Origin: an uncultured Chloroflexia bacterium
GTDB taxonomy: Bacteria; Chloroflexota; Dehalococcoidia; UBA2979
NCBI GenBank assembly: GCA_963728205.1
Contig: CAVSIV010000006.1
Location: 192,001 to 256,000, forward strand
Direction: 5' to 3'
Length of the DNA stretch: 64,000 bases
The translations under genes were made by a program, and so were the position numbers. Shown piece after piece: positions 49,992 to 60,960 of the stretch. The notes below the pieces were generated by a model that saw only the letters and a program-made list of their open reading frames with translations, ran no database searches and was not told where the DNA came from. How positions within the stretch are numbered: the stretch's first letter is position 1; each line of letters starts with the position of its first letter.

Positions 49992-51887
49992 CTAGCCCTG
50001 CTTCAACCGCGCCTGGTCGATCCACCAGTGCGTGTACACCGTCTGCTCGTTCATCTCGGACGGGCCGTAGTCGCGGTACGAGCCGTAGTTCTTCACCCAC
50101 GGCCAGACCGCCGCGAAGCCCGGCACGCCGTACGGCCAGCCCGCCGGCACGATCGGCATGCGCGTCGAGTTGTCCTTCTGCCATTGCTTGATCTGCGCGA
50201 CCTGGTCCTTGAAGTCGGTCGTCGCCATGAACTTCTCGATGGCCTTGTCCGAGGCCAGCTGCCCGTCGATGGCGTTCGGGTCCTGCTTGAACGTCGCCTT
50301 GCCGCGATCGCCCGTCGAGTGGAAGTAGCCGAGAATGTGCTGGCCGACGTGCGGGTACACGGTCGTCGCGCCCCACGCGATGCCCTCGAAGTCGCCCTGG
50401 CCGAAGTAGTAGTTCGGCAGGTAGTCGGTCTGGTAGTCCGGGTTCACCTGCGTGAGCTTGAAGACGCCGCTCGCCTCGAGCAGGCCCTTGTAGGCCTCGC
50501 CGACGCGCGGGAACGTCGTCCCGTACTGCCCGGTCGTGATCCACGCCATCTTCGTGTCGATGGTGTTGTGGCCGGCGGCCTTGATGAGCTTGACGGCTTC
50601 GTCCGGGTTGTAGGCGTACGCGGCCTTCTGATCGGCCGAGTACTCGCTGCCCTGCGGGTCGACCCAGAAGGCGTCGTAGCCGGCGGAGACGCCGACGCCG
50701 TGCCAGCGCTCAGCGGTCGGCCAGTTGGCCTTCTTGAAGTCCGACATGCTGTAGAACGTGTCGTCGATCTGCGAGCGGTCGATCAGCATCGAGACCGCGC
50801 GGCGCACGCGCTCGTCGCGGAACGGCGAGTCGGGACGCAGGCCGAAGTAGATGTACCAGTTGCCCGGGTAGAAGCTGCCCTCGTAGATGTCGAGCTCCGG
50901 CAGGTCCTTCTTCGTCGCGAGGATGTCCTGCTGGTTCGGGACGGTCCCGGCGCTGCTCCAGATCTTGCCGGCGCGGAACTGCGCGAGCTGCGATGAGTAC
51001 TCGCCGATGATCGGGACGTCGAAGCCGTCGAGGAACGGCAGCTTCTTGTCCCAGTAGTTCGGGTTCTTCTTGTAGGTGAACTTCACGCTGCGCTGGTAGT
51101 CCGTGAGCACCCACGGGCCGGCGCCGCGCGTCTCGTTGCGCGGGTCGAATCCGCCGTCGGACTCGCGCGGCATGATCTGCAGCCAGCGCGTGTACGCCAG
51201 CGACTGCAGCAGCGGGGCGTACGGGAACGCGAGATCCACCTGCACCGTGTGGTCGTCGATCGCGGTCATCGCCTTGATCGGCGCGGTCGGCGCGGCGCCG
51301 TTCGCGAGCGTCTTCCGGGAGATCGACTTCTCCGCGAACTTGTTCCACGAGAAGACCACGTCCTGCGCGTCCACGGGGCGGCTGCTCGTCGGAGCGCGAT
51401 CCTCCCACTTCGCGTCGGTGCGCAGGTGCATGATCAGCTTGGTCGGCTCGGCCATCTCGTACGTCTGCGCGAGCTGACCCTCGACGTCGCCGGAAGCGAC
51501 GTCCTTCGCCTTGCCCGGCACGTACTGGACGAGTTGCGGATAGGTCCAGCGGCCCACGGTGTTCGCGGTGAACGACGGCGACGAGAGCGGGTCGAGGTTC
51601 GTGACGTCCGCTGATGTGAAGCTCTGGTAGGTGAGGCCCGGGACGGCCTGGTCGTCGGTCACCGCGCGCGACGCGAGCAGTCCCGCCGGCTCCGTCGCGG
51701 TGGCCGCGGCGGTCGCTGTCGCGCCTCCGCCGGGCGCCGTGGTCGCCGGGGCGGGCGTGGCGGTCGCGCCCGAGCCCCCGCAGCCGATGAGCGCGGCGCC
51801 GGCCATGCCGGCCAGCCCAACGGCGCTGCCCCGCAGCAGCGTACGGCGGCTCACGCCTCGGCGGATCCAGTAGTTCGCATCTGGCAT
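49992..51887 (-). CDS. ABC substrate-binding protein, family 5 (Tat lipoprotein)
   Basis: SRRTLL twin-arginine plus ALIGC; GAGPW; PFRDERVRRAVSMLIDR. Confidence 0.92.
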   Translation of the reverse strand: MPDANYWIRRGVSRRTLLRGSAVGLAGMAGAALIGCGGSGATATPAPATTAPGGGATATAAATATEPAGLLASRAVTDDQAVPGLTYQSFTSADVTNLDPLSSPSFTANTVGRWTYPQLVQYVPGKAKDVASGDVEGQLAQTYEMAEPTKLIMHLRTDAKWEDRAPTSSRPVDAQDVVFSWNKFAEKSISRKTLANGAAPTAPIKAMTAIDDHTVQVDLAFPYAPLLQSLAYTRWLQIMPRESDGGFDPRNETRGAGPWVLTDYQRSVKFTYKKNPNYWDKKLPFLDGFDVPIIGEYSSQLAQFRAGKIWSSAGTVPNQQDILATKKDLPELDIYEGSFYPGNWYIYFGLRPDSPFRDERVRRAVSMLIDRSQIDDTFYSMSDFKKANWPTAERWHGVGVSAGYDAFWVDPQGSEYSADQKAAYAYNPDEAVKLIKAAGHNTIDTKMAWITTGQYGTTFPRVGEAYKGLLEASGVFKLTQVNPDYQTDYLPNYYFGQGDFEGIAWGATTVYPHVGQHILGYFHSTGDRGKATFKQDPNAIDGQLASDKAIEKFMATTDFKDQVAQIKQWQKDNSTRMPIVPAGWPYGVPGFAAVWPWVKNYGSYRDYGPSEMNEQTVYTHWWIDQARLKQG

Positions 51888-52146
51888 CGCGGTCGTGTCC
51901 TTCGCTTCGTTACCCCTCTGGCACGCGCGATCGGAGACGCGCGTTTCTTGCATCACTTGTATCGGAATACAAACGTGATGTTGAGGGTCGAACGTCGGGT
52001 AGCAGACAGGACTTTGTTGGAGCGCGACTAGGCGTTGTGGCGGATGCGCTTCACCACCCGGATTCGACGAAGGCTTCGGCACACCCGGAAATGACGGGAC
52101 GGGTGAACCGTCGTTGCGTATGCGGGCGACTCGCCGCGGGCGGTGC

Positions 52147-53205
52147 TCAGCCCTCGACCGTGGCGGCGATCGCCGCGAACAGCGCCTCCACGTCGGGCTC
52201 CGGCAGCGGGCTCGCGGGCTCGGGGTCCGCCGCCGGCTCCTCGCCGAGCAGCAGCGCGCACAGCGTCCCCGCGCACCACGCCAGCGCGTGGAGGTCGTAG
52301 CCGCCCTCGAGCGCGAGCACGACCCGGCCCCCGCACAGCGCGCGAGCGGCGTCGAGCGCCGTCCGCATCACCCGCGCGTAGCCGTCGGTCGTGACCTCGA
52401 GCGTCGCGAGCGGGTCGCGCGCGTGGGCGTCCCAGCCGCACGAGACGATGATCAGCTGCGGACGAAAGCGCGCGAGCGCGGGCAGGATCAGACGCTCGTA
52501 CGCCGCCGTGATCGCGCGATCGCCGGCGCCGTGCGGCAGCGGAACGTTGAGCTTCGTGCCGGCCGCGGCACCGACGCCGCGCTCCCGGAAGTGGCCGCTT
52601 CCCGGGTAGAACGGGTAGGCGTGCGTGCTCGCGTAGAAGACGCGCGGCTCCGCGTCGAAGATCGCCTGCGTGCCGTTGCCGTGATGCACATCCCAGTCGA
52701 GGATGCCCACGCGCTCGAGCCCGACACGCAGCGCCGCCGCCGCCGCGATCGCGACGTTGTTCAAGAGGCAGAACCCCATCGCGCGTCCGCCCGTCGCGTG
52801 GTGGCCCGGCGGGCGCACCGCCGCGAACGCCGACTCCACTTCACCCGCGAGCACCGCCTCCAGACCGGCGAGCACGGCGCCCGCCGCCCGCCGCGCGATC
52901 GCCGGCGACGCCGGGTTCACGTAGGTGTCCGGGTCCATCCAGCCGTTGCGCGCCGCCACGCGCGCCTCCTCGTCGAGCAGCGCGCGGTCGTGCACGGCCA
53001 GGATCTCGTCGTCGGTGGCGTCGCGCGCGGGCAGGTCGCGCATGCGGGCGCGCAGCCCGCTGCGCTCGAGGTGATCGAGGATCGCGGTGAGCCGGGCGGG
53101 GCGCTCCGCGTGCCCCGCGGCTTCGTGGGCGAGGAACAGCGGGTCGGTGATGAGCGCCGCGGATCGCGCACGGGCGGCGGGGGGCGGCTCCGGCGCGGCG
53201 TTCAC
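52147..53205 (-). CDS. Histone deacetylase family (acetylpolyamine/acetoin utilization) protein
   Basis: HAERPARL, RPPGHHA, GFCLLNN, DWDVHHGNGTQ, LEGGY. Confidence 0.94.
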   Translation of the reverse strand: MNAAPEPPPAARARSAALITDPLFLAHEAAGHAERPARLTAILDHLERSGLRARMRDLPARDATDDEILAVHDRALLDEEARVAARNGWMDPDTYVNPASPAIARRAAGAVLAGLEAVLAGEVESAFAAVRPPGHHATGGRAMGFCLLNNVAIAAAAALRVGLERVGILDWDVHHGNGTQAIFDAEPRVFYASTHAYPFYPGSGHFRERGVGAAAGTKLNVPLPHGAGDRAITAAYERLILPALARFRPQLIIVSCGWDAHARDPLATLEVTTDGYARVMRTALDAARALCGGRVVLALEGGYDLHALAWCAGTLCALLLGEEPAADPEPASPLPEPDVEALFAAIAATVEG

Positions 53206-53267
53206 GCGCGGATGCTCGCCGCGCGGCGGCGCCACGTCAACGGCGTCGCCGACGCGTGCCCCGGTGA

Positions 53268-54236
53268 TCACACGGCCGCGTCGGCGACGATGCCGTCGTC
53301 GTGCGCGTGGCGCGCGCGGCGCAGGCGCCAGCGGTGGCGCGCGGCCGCGCGCGCGGCCGGCGGCTGCTCGATCAGCGACCCGAGGATCTCCTCCATGCGG
53401 TCGACGAACAGCATGTGCCCCGCGTCGCGCACGATGTGCAGGTGCGCGCCGGGGATCGCGGCGGCCACCTGCCGCCCGAGCCACACGGGCACGACCCGGT
53501 CGTCCTCGCCGTGCCAGACGTGGACCGGCACGCGGATGGCGTCGAGCGGGAAGCCCCACGGCTCGGCCATCAGGCCGATGTCCCACGCGGCGCCGGCCGG
53601 TCCCTGCGCGAAGGCCTCGCGCAGGTCCTCCTTGAGCACCGCGCGGATGGTCGGCCGCTCCATCACCTCGAGGTCGCAGGCCGGCGTCCGCGCGTGCCGC
53701 TGCACGAGGTAGCTCTCGACGTCGGTCGTGATGCGGCCCTCGAGGTAGCGCATCGCGAGGTGCACGGCCGGCGTGACGCGGCGCACGGTGAAACGGAAGG
53801 CGCGCTGGCCGGCGCTCATGCGGCGGGTGGCGTCGCGCGTCGTGGCCGGTCCCATGCCGCTGACGATCGCGGCCGCCGTCACGCGATCGGGCAGCGCGTG
53901 TGCGGTGGCGGCCGCGTAGGGACCGCCACCCGAGTAGCCGAGCACGGCGAAGCGGTCGAGCCCCAGCGCGTCGGCGAGCGCGGCGACGTCGGCGGGCCAC
54001 TGGGCGATGCGCCGCCGCGGCGCGAAGTCGGAGATGCCGTAGCCGGGACGGTCGACGGCGATCACGCGGCCGCCGCGCGGGGCGGCGAGCACGCCGGCGA
54101 GCAGTCCGCTCAGGCGCGAGCCCGGGATGCCGTGGAAGTAGAGGACGGGAGCGCCGTCCTCGCGCCCGTACTCGGCGTAGCCGAGCCGCCGGCCGCCCGG
54201 CAGCTCGATCGTGTGATGCGTGGAGAGGGCGACCAT
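53268..54236 (-). CDS. Alpha/beta hydrolase
   Basis: FHGIPGSRL, DRPGYG, GYSGGGPY, WHGEDD, GH. Confidence 0.92.
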   Translation of the reverse strand: MVALSTHHTIELPGGRRLGYAEYGREDGAPVLYFHGIPGSRLSGLLAGVLAAPRGGRVIAVDRPGYGISDFAPRRRIAQWPADVAALADALGLDRFAVLGYSGGGPYAAATAHALPDRVTAAAIVSGMGPATTRDATRRMSAGQRAFRFTVRRVTPAVHLAMRYLEGRITTDVESYLVQRHARTPACDLEVMERPTIRAVLKEDLREAFAQGPAGAAWDIGLMAEPWGFPLDAIRVPVHVWHGEDDRVVPVWLGRQVAAAIPGAHLHIVRDAGHMLFVDRMEEILGSLIEQPPAARAAARHRWRLRRARHAHDDGIVADAAV

Positions 54237-54417
54237 CCTTGGTCCCTGCGCTGGCGCCGGCGACCCGCGAGGGGCCGCGGCGCGACTGGGTGGCCACGGG
54301 CACCTACAGCATAGACAAGACGTGTTACGGATCCGTATCCCATGCGGCAGCGCGCGGCATCGCAGGAGGCGAGACGGAAGGGGCTAGCCTGAAAACCGCG
54401 GAGGAGGGAGCAGGGTC

Positions 54418-55971
54418 ATGGCCGAATCGAGCGAGGGGCCATCCGGACCGGACTTCGGAAGCGACGGCGTCGCGCAGGACGAGGTCGCCGACGGCGCGAT
54501 GGTGCTCGGCCACCTGGGCGACGCGGCGGTGTTGCTGGTGCGCCGCGGCGACGACGTCTTTGCGATCGGCGCGCAATGCACGCACTACGGCGGACCGCTC
54601 GCGGAGGGAGCGTTCGACGGCGAATGCGTGCGCTGCCCCTGGCACCACGCGGCGTTCGACGTCCGGACCGGCGCCGCGGCGCGCGCGCCGGCGCTCGACC
54701 CCGTGACCACCTACCACGTCGAGGCGCGCAACGGCCGCTGGCACGTCACGGGCGAGGTCGACCGCGCGCCGGCGCCGGCCCCCATCGCGAGCGCGCCGGC
54801 ATCGGTCGTGATCGTCGGAGCGGGCGCCGCCGGGAACGCCGCGGCCGAGACGCTGCGCCGCGAGGGGTACGAAGGTCCGATCACGATGCTCGGCGCGGAG
54901 CGCTCGCGGCCGCCCGACCGCCCGAACCTGTCGAAGGACTACCTCGCCGGCAAGGCCCCCGAGGAGTGGGTCTGGCTGCGCGATGACGACTTCTATCGCG
55001 AGCACCGCATCGAGGTGCGCCCCGACGCGGAGGTCACCGCGATCGATACGTCGTCGCGACACGTCGTGCTGCGCGACGGCGAGCGGATCGCGTACGGCGC
55101 GCTGCTGCTCGCCACCGGTGCCGAGCCGGTGCGGCTCGACCTGCCCGGCGCCGACCTGCCCCACGTCTTCACGCTGCGCTCGTTCGCCGACAGCAGCGCG
55201 ATCGTGGAGGCGGCGTCGCATGCGCGACGCGCGGTCGTGCTCGGCGCGAGCTTCATCGGGCTCGAGGTGGCGGCGGCGCTGCGCGAGCGCGACCTCGAGG
55301 TGCACGTGGTCGCGCCGGAGGCGGTGCCGCTGGAGCGCGTGCTCGGCGAGCACTTTGGGCCGTTCCTGCGCGCGATCCACGAGGAGCACGGCGTCGCGTT
55401 TCACCTCGGGCGCACCGCCGCGTCGATCGCGGAGTCGAGCGTGACGCTCGACGACGGATCGCGGCTCGACGCCGACATCGTCGTGATGGGCGTCGGCGTG
55501 CGACCGCGCGCCACGCTCGCCGAAGCGGCCGGCCTGCGCGTGGACAACGGCGTCGTGGTGGACGAGCAGCTGCGCACGAGCGCCGACGGAGTGTGGGCCG
55601 CCGGCGACATCGCGCGCTGGACGGAGCGGCGCTCCGGGCAGCCGGTGCGCGTCGAGCACTGGGTGGTCGCCGAGCGCCAGGGCGCCACGGCCGCCCGCAA
55701 CATGCTCGGGCGCGGCGAGGCGTTCCGCGACGTGCCGTTCTTCTGGAGCCAGCACTACGACGTGCCGATCAACTACGTCGGCCACGCGCCGTCGTGGGAC
55801 GAGACCGTCGTCAGCGGCAACGCGCAGGAGCGCGACGTCGTCGTCGCCTACCGGCGCGACGGCAAGACGCTCGCGGTCGCGTCGATCTACCGCGACGACG
55901 CGAGCCTCGCCGCGGAGCTGGCCATGGAGCGCGACGACGAGGCGGCGCTGCGCGCGCTCGTGGAGGGGTAG
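54418..55971 (+). CDS. Rieske 2Fe-2S plus FAD/NAD(P)H oxidoreductase fusion (AIF-like ferredoxin reductase)
   Basis: CTHYGGPL...CPWH; GAGAAG; RPNLSK; GASFIGLE; AAGDIA; PFFWS. Confidence 0.94.
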   Translation: MAESSEGPSGPDFGSDGVAQDEVADGAMVLGHLGDAAVLLVRRGDDVFAIGAQCTHYGGPLAEGAFDGECVRCPWHHAAFDVRTGAAARAPALDPVTTYHVEARNGRWHVTGEVDRAPAPAPIASAPASVVIVGAGAAGNAAAETLRREGYEGPITMLGAERSRPPDRPNLSKDYLAGKAPEEWVWLRDDDFYREHRIEVRPDAEVTAIDTSSRHVVLRDGERIAYGALLLATGAEPVRLDLPGADLPHVFTLRSFADSSAIVEAASHARRAVVLGASFIGLEVAAALRERDLEVHVVAPEAVPLERVLGEHFGPFLRAIHEEHGVAFHLGRTAASIAESSVTLDDGSRLDADIVVMGVGVRPRATLAEAAGLRVDNGVVVDEQLRTSADGVWAAGDIARWTERRSGQPVRVEHWVVAERQGATAARNMLGRGEAFRDVPFFWSQHYDVPINYVGHAPSWDETVVSGNAQERDVVVAYRRDGKTLAVASIYRDDASLAAELAMERDDEAALRALVEG

Positions 55972-55989
55972 CCCGTGTCGCGGCACTCG

Positions 55990-56038
55990 GCGGCGGCAGA
56001 CATGCTGCCGACGTGTCGGCGGCATGTCTGCCGCCGCT
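55990..56038. repeat. REP-like family B, head-to-head pair
   Basis: GCGGCGGCAGACATGCTGCCGAC-GT-GTCGGCGGCATGTCTGCCGCCGCT. Confidence 0.8.
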
Positions 56039-56212
56039 GAGGTGTCGCAGCCAACGCGGGCCGTGGTCCGCGCTGCGTACCCTCTCTCTACCCGCCACCC
56101 TGACGATCGCGGACCCGCGGAGTAGCGAGCGAGCGTGGACGCGCGGAACGCCGCGGCGCGCGCGCGGCGGTCCGAGCCACCGGGGGGATGCCGGCGGCTC
56201 GCCGGATCGCGG

Positions 56213-56683
56213 CTAGCGGGCGGCGCGCTCGATCTGCGCGGCGTGCTCCTCCAGGTGCGCGGCGTAGATTCGGAGCCAGTCCTCCGCCGAGTACGGTCCG
56301 GACTCCGTGTGCGTGCCGGCGCGCGTCCACGCCGCCTCCGGGAGGCGGCGAATGAGTGCCGCCGTGTTCGCTCGCACGGCGTCGACCACCGCGAGCGCCG
56401 GCTCGAGTGGGTGGCCGGCGTAGTCGAGCGCGGTCGCCCATCCGTGCTCGTCGTAGCCCATGATCACCGGCGCGCGCTCGCCGACGAGGTAGCGGATGCG
56501 CAGCGACGCGTTCGTCTCCGAGTCGGCGCAGTGGATCGCGATCTCGTGCGGCGACCACTCGTCCGGCGACGGGCGGCGGTGCATGCGGTCGGCGGGGACG
56601 CGCGCCAGCGTCGCGCGGAGGAGCGGCGGGCCGGCGGCGTAGCGAGCGATCAGGGCGTCGCGGTCGGCGGGCGTGAGGGGCAT
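56213..56683 (-). CDS. DinB/YfiT-like protein
   Basis: EWSPHEIAIHCADSE, HLEEHAAQI. Confidence 0.87.
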   Translation of the reverse strand: MPLTPADRDALIARYAAGPPLLRATLARVPADRMHRRPSPDEWSPHEIAIHCADSETNASLRIRYLVGERAPVIMGYDEHGWATALDYAGHPLEPALAVVDAVRANTAALIRRLPEAAWTRAGTHTESGPYSAEDWLRIYAAHLEEHAAQIERAAR

Positions 56684-56855
56684 CGCGGTGCGCTCCTTCC
56701 GAGGGGAAAGCGCCGTGTATAGCACACGGCCGGGTGAGGCAGCGGCGGCGGCGCGCTCGCGTGCGCGGAGAGCGTCGGCACAGCGTGCGCGCGCTCGACG
56801 CGGGGGGGCCTCGGTGCGGAGGCCGGCGAGCGTCGGCCGGCTGGTGCCGGCCGGC

Positions 56856-56880
56856 TGTCGGCGGCATGTCTGCCGCCGCT
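56856..56880. repeat. REP-like family B copy
   Basis: TGTCGGCGGCATGTCTGCCGCCGCT. Confidence 0.75.
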
Positions 56881-56888
56881 GTGGGCGA

Positions 56889-58532
56889 TCACAGCGCGGG
56901 CGCGACCATCCCGTCGGCGCGCGGGTCCGTCCCGCCCCAGAAGGCACCCGTCGCCGGGTCGCGGAGGATTGCCTGCCCGGTGCCGAACAGGAAGCGGTCG
57001 GTCGACGGGATGACCGCGTGACCCATGCGCGCGAGGCGCGACATCGTCGCCACCGGCACGCCCGCCTCGAGGTGCACCGCGCTCCCCGGCGTGCCGGCGC
57101 GCAGCGTGAAGCGCGGCAGGTCGAGCGCGGCCTGCGGGTCCATGCCATGGTCGACGAGGTTCGCGAGGATCTGCACGTGGCCGGCGGGCTGCGTGAATGC
57201 CCCCTTCACCCCGAATACCGCGTGCAACGACCCGTCCTCGTGCGTGGTCAGCGCCGGGATGATCGTCTGGTACGGCCGCTTCAGACCGTGCAGCGCGTTC
57301 GGGTGCGCCGGGTCGAGCGAGAAGTTCGAGCCGCGGTTGTGCAGCGTGAAGCCCGTCCCCGCCGGCACGATCCCGGTGCCGAAGCCGACGTAGACGCTGT
57401 TCACGAACGAGCACGCGTTGCCGTCGGCGTCGACCGCCGCGAGGTAGACGGTGTCCGAGCCGCGCGGCGGATCCCCGTGCGTCGCGTCCGTTCGTGCGCG
57501 AGCCGGGTCGATGTGCGCGCGGCGCTCGTCGGCGTACGCCTTCGCGAGCAGGCCGCCGAGCGGCGCCGGCGCGAACGCGGGGTCGGCGACGAACCAGCGC
57601 GCGTCGGCGAACGCGAGTCGCACCGATTCGATCGCGAGATGCAGGTGTTCGGGCGACAGGGGATCGAGCGCCGCGAGGTCGAAGCCCTCGAGGATGTTCA
57701 GCGCGATCAGCGCGGCGACCCCCTGCCCGTTTGGCGGACATTCGTGCACGGTGACGCCGCGGTAGGTCGTCGCCACCGGCGCCTCGAACGTGGAGTGGTG
57801 TGCGGCGAGGTCCTCGCGTTGCATCACGCCGCCCATGCCGGCGAGCACGTCGACGATCGCGTCCGCGACCGCGCCACGGTAGAACGCCTCCGGCCCGCCC
57901 TCGGCGACGCCGCGCAGGACGCGCGCGAGCCCGGGGTTGCGCCACGCCTCCCCGGCGCGCGGGGCGCGGCCGTCGATCAGCAGCTCGCCGAAGTTCGGCT
58001 GTGCGAGCAGCGGCGGCGTCAGCTCGGCCCAGTAGGCGGCGATCAGCGGCGAGACGGGGAAGCCGTCCTCCGCGAGCCGGATGGCCGGCTGCAGGACGTC
58101 GGCGAGCGTCATGCGGCCGTGGCGCGCGAGCGTGTCGAACCAGCCGGCGATGGCGCCGGGCACCGTCACCGCGTGCGGCGAGCGCGCCGGGATGGTCGCG
58201 GCGGCGTCGCCCTCCGCCGCCACGCCGCGCTCGACGAGCGCGCGGATCGACAGCGCGGACGGCGCACGGCCGCTGCCGTTGAGCGCCGAGACGCGGCGCG
58301 ACGCCGCGTCGTAGGCGAGCGCGAAGCAGTCGCCGCCGATGCCGGTGGCCGGCGGCTCGACGACCGCGAGCGCGGCCGCCGCCGCGACGGCGGCGTCGGC
58401 CGCGGTGCCCCCGCGGCGCAGCATCTCGACGCCGGCCGCCGACGCGAGCGGCTGGCTTGTCGCCACCATCCCGCGCGACGACAGCACGGGCGCGCGGCGC
58501 GAGCGGAACGGCAGGTCCTCGGCGTGCGACAT
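56889..58532 (-). CDS. ggt: Gamma-glutamyltransferase family (Ntn hydrolase)
   Basis: GMVATSQPLAS, GIGGDCF, catalytic DTVYLAAVD, KRPYQTIIP, GTDPRADG. Confidence 0.92.
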   Translation of the reverse strand: MSHAEDLPFRSRRAPVLSSRGMVATSQPLASAAGVEMLRRGGTAADAAVAAAAALAVVEPPATGIGGDCFALAYDAASRRVSALNGSGRAPSALSIRALVERGVAAEGDAAATIPARSPHAVTVPGAIAGWFDTLARHGRMTLADVLQPAIRLAEDGFPVSPLIAAYWAELTPPLLAQPNFGELLIDGRAPRAGEAWRNPGLARVLRGVAEGGPEAFYRGAVADAIVDVLAGMGGVMQREDLAAHHSTFEAPVATTYRGVTVHECPPNGQGVAALIALNILEGFDLAALDPLSPEHLHLAIESVRLAFADARWFVADPAFAPAPLGGLLAKAYADERRAHIDPARARTDATHGDPPRGSDTVYLAAVDADGNACSFVNSVYVGFGTGIVPAGTGFTLHNRGSNFSLDPAHPNALHGLKRPYQTIIPALTTHEDGSLHAVFGVKGAFTQPAGHVQILANLVDHGMDPQAALDLPRFTLRAGTPGSAVHLEAGVPVATMSRLARMGHAVIPSTDRFLFGTGQAILRDPATGAFWGGTDPRADGMVAPAL

Positions 58533-58670
58533 GCGGCACATCGTAGCGGCTGCCCCGCGACGGTCGTCCGGGAGACGCCGGGGAGCTGGGGGCTTCGGTA
58601 CCCTGCCCGCACGGTCCGGTCGTCGCAAGCCGCGCCATCACCACGGATGGCGATGGGGAAGGGGAGCCGC

Positions 58671-59789
58671 ATGGTCGCCGACGTGATGGACGACGCGATT
58701 GCCGTCGCGGAGGCATGGGCGGAGCGGGAACGCGCGACGCCGGATTGGCTCGACCCCGCGAACATCGAGGCCGTGAAGCGCAGCGGGATGCTTGCGTGGC
58801 CGCTTGCCGCCGAGCACGGCGGGCGCGGCTGTACGGCCGAAGAGACGACGCGGCTCGTCGAGTCCCTCGCGCGCGTCTCGCCGTCGATGGCGCTGCTCCT
58901 CGCGATGCCGCTCGGACTCGCCGGTCTGCACGGCGTCGGCCCCGACGGCGCCCCCTCGGAGCGGCAGCGCGAGTGGATGGACCGCGTCGACGCCTTTGCC
59001 GCCGACGTCACGGGCGGCGCGTGGTACGCGGCCTGCAACTCGGAGCGGGGCGCCGGCGGGTCGCTCGACGCGACGAAGACGACGGCGGCGCGTGCCCCCG
59101 ACGGCACCTGGACGATCAGCGGCGAGAAGATCCTCGCCACCGCCGGCGCGCATGCCGACCGCTTTCTCTCGTCGGCGAAGGTCCGCGCGGAGGATCTGCC
59201 CGGCGCGGGGATCGTCGAGCTCTTCGCGGTCGACACCACCGCTCCCGGCGTCACGATCCTCGACGACTGGGACGGCTTCGGGATGCGGCCGACCGAGAGC
59301 CAGTCCGTGCGCTACGAGTCGGCGCCGGTGCGCGACCTGATCGGCTATCCCGACTTCATGGGCGTGATGCAGCCGGTGACGTACTGGTACCTGCTCTTCG
59401 CCGCCATCCCGCTCGGGTGTGCCGCGGCGATCCTCGACGGCCTCGGTCGGCCGGCGCCGGCCTCGCCCGCGCTGCGGCTGCGCTTCGCCGAAGCGCAGAT
59501 GCGGATCGAGGCGATGCGCGCGTATCTCCTCGAGTCGGCGCGGGCATGGCGGCCGGCGGCCGGCGCGGCGTACGGCGCGCGCGTGCTGCGCACGAAGACG
59601 TACGTCTCGCAGGAGGCGACGAAGCTGTGCGCGGAGCTCTTCGCGCTCGCCGGCGGGCGTCACTACCGGCGGACCGATCCGCTGGCGCGGGCGCTGGCCG
59701 ACGCCTTCGCGGGAACGGCGCTGCGCCCGCCGCTCGCGCTCGCGCTGGATGGGCTCGTGGAGCAGTTCGATCTGGACGCGAGCGGGTAA
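58671..59789 (+). CDS. Acyl-CoA dehydrogenase-like flavoprotein
   Basis: LARVSPSMAL, ISGEKILAT, DWDGFGMRPTES. Confidence 0.85.
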   Translation: MVADVMDDAIAVAEAWAERERATPDWLDPANIEAVKRSGMLAWPLAAEHGGRGCTAEETTRLVESLARVSPSMALLLAMPLGLAGLHGVGPDGAPSERQREWMDRVDAFAADVTGGAWYAACNSERGAGGSLDATKTTAARAPDGTWTISGEKILATAGAHADRFLSSAKVRAEDLPGAGIVELFAVDTTAPGVTILDDWDGFGMRPTESQSVRYESAPVRDLIGYPDFMGVMQPVTYWYLLFAAIPLGCAAAILDGLGRPAPASPALRLRFAEAQMRIEAMRAYLLESARAWRPAAGAAYGARVLRTKTYVSQEATKLCAELFALAGGRHYRRTDPLARALADAFAGTALRPPLALALDGLVEQFDLDASG

Positions 59790-60024
59790 GCGCGAGCCGC
59801 GGGACATGCGCCGCGCCGCGCGGTACGCGCCGCGGACCCCGGCGCGCGGTCGAGCGGCAGGGCAGCCGAAGGCGGTCATGACGCCCGCCGCGGGCCCCAC
59901 TGCGGGGCCCTCGACACGACGGGCGCGACGCCCGCCGCGTCAGACCGTTCGCGGCGGATCGCTATACTGCGGCCCGCGTCTCACCACGTCGTCGCCAGCA
60001 CACAGAACCCGGAGGGTCTGCTCC

Positions 60025-60960
60025 ATGGAATATCGTCACCTCGGACGGTCCGGCCTCGAGGTCTCCGTCGTCGGCATCGGCTGCAACAACTTCGGCGGCC
60101 GCATGGACGGCGCGGCGACCGACGCGGTCGTCGGCAAGTCCATCGACATGGGCATCAACCTGTTCGACACCGCGGACGTCTACGGCGGCCAGGGCAAGTC
60201 CGAGGAGCTGCTCGGTCGGGCCCTCAAGGGCAAGCGGCAGGACGTCGTGATCGCGACGAAGTTCGCGAGCCCGATGGGCGAGGGTCCGATGCACGCCGGC
60301 GGGTCGCGGCGGTGGATCATCCAGGCCGTCGAGGACTCGCTGCGCCGCCTCGGCACCGACTACATCGACCTCTACCAGGTGCACCGCCCGGACCCGAAGA
60401 CGCCGCTCGAGGAGACGGTGCGCGCGCTCGATGACCTCGTGACGTCGGGCAAGGTGCGCTACCTCGGCAACTCGAACTTCGCGGGCTGGCAGATTGCGTC
60501 CGCGGCGTGGATCCAGAAGACCGAGCACCTCGAGCCCTTCGTGAGCGCGCAGAACCAGTACAGCCTGCTCGAGCGGCGCATCGAACAGGAGGTGATCCCG
60601 GCGGCCGAGGAGTTCGGGCTGGGCGTGCTGCCGTTCTTCCCGCTGGCGAGCGGGCTGCTCACCGGCAAGTACCGTCGCGGCGAGGAAGCCCCCGAGGGCA
60701 CCCGGCTCGCCGGTCCGATGGGCGCGCGCTCGCTGAACGACCGCAACTTCGACGTGGTCGAGCGGCTCGAGGAGTGGGCGCGGGCGCACGACCACACGCT
60801 GCTCGAGCTGGCGTTCGGCTGGCTCGCGACGAAGCCGTACATCTCCAGCGTGATCGCCGGCGCGACCAGGCCGGAGCAGGTGGAGGCGAACGCGCAGGCC
60901 GCCGCGTGGCGCCTCACCCCGGAGGAGATGGCGGAGGTCGACGAGATCTCCAAGCGGTAG
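60025..60960 (+). CDS. Aldo/keto reductase
   Basis: LGRSGLEVS, FDTADVYG, SLRRLGTDYIDLYQVH, PLASGLLTGKY. Confidence 0.95.
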   Translation: MEYRHLGRSGLEVSVVGIGCNNFGGRMDGAATDAVVGKSIDMGINLFDTADVYGGQGKSEELLGRALKGKRQDVVIATKFASPMGEGPMHAGGSRRWIIQAVEDSLRRLGTDYIDLYQVHRPDPKTPLEETVRALDDLVTSGKVRYLGNSNFAGWQIASAAWIQKTEHLEPFVSAQNQYSLLERRIEQEVIPAAEEFGLGVLPFFPLASGLLTGKYRRGEEAPEGTRLAGPMGARSLNDRNFDVVERLEEWARAHDHTLLELAFGWLATKPYISSVIAGATRPEQVEANAQAAAWRLTPEEMAEVDEISKR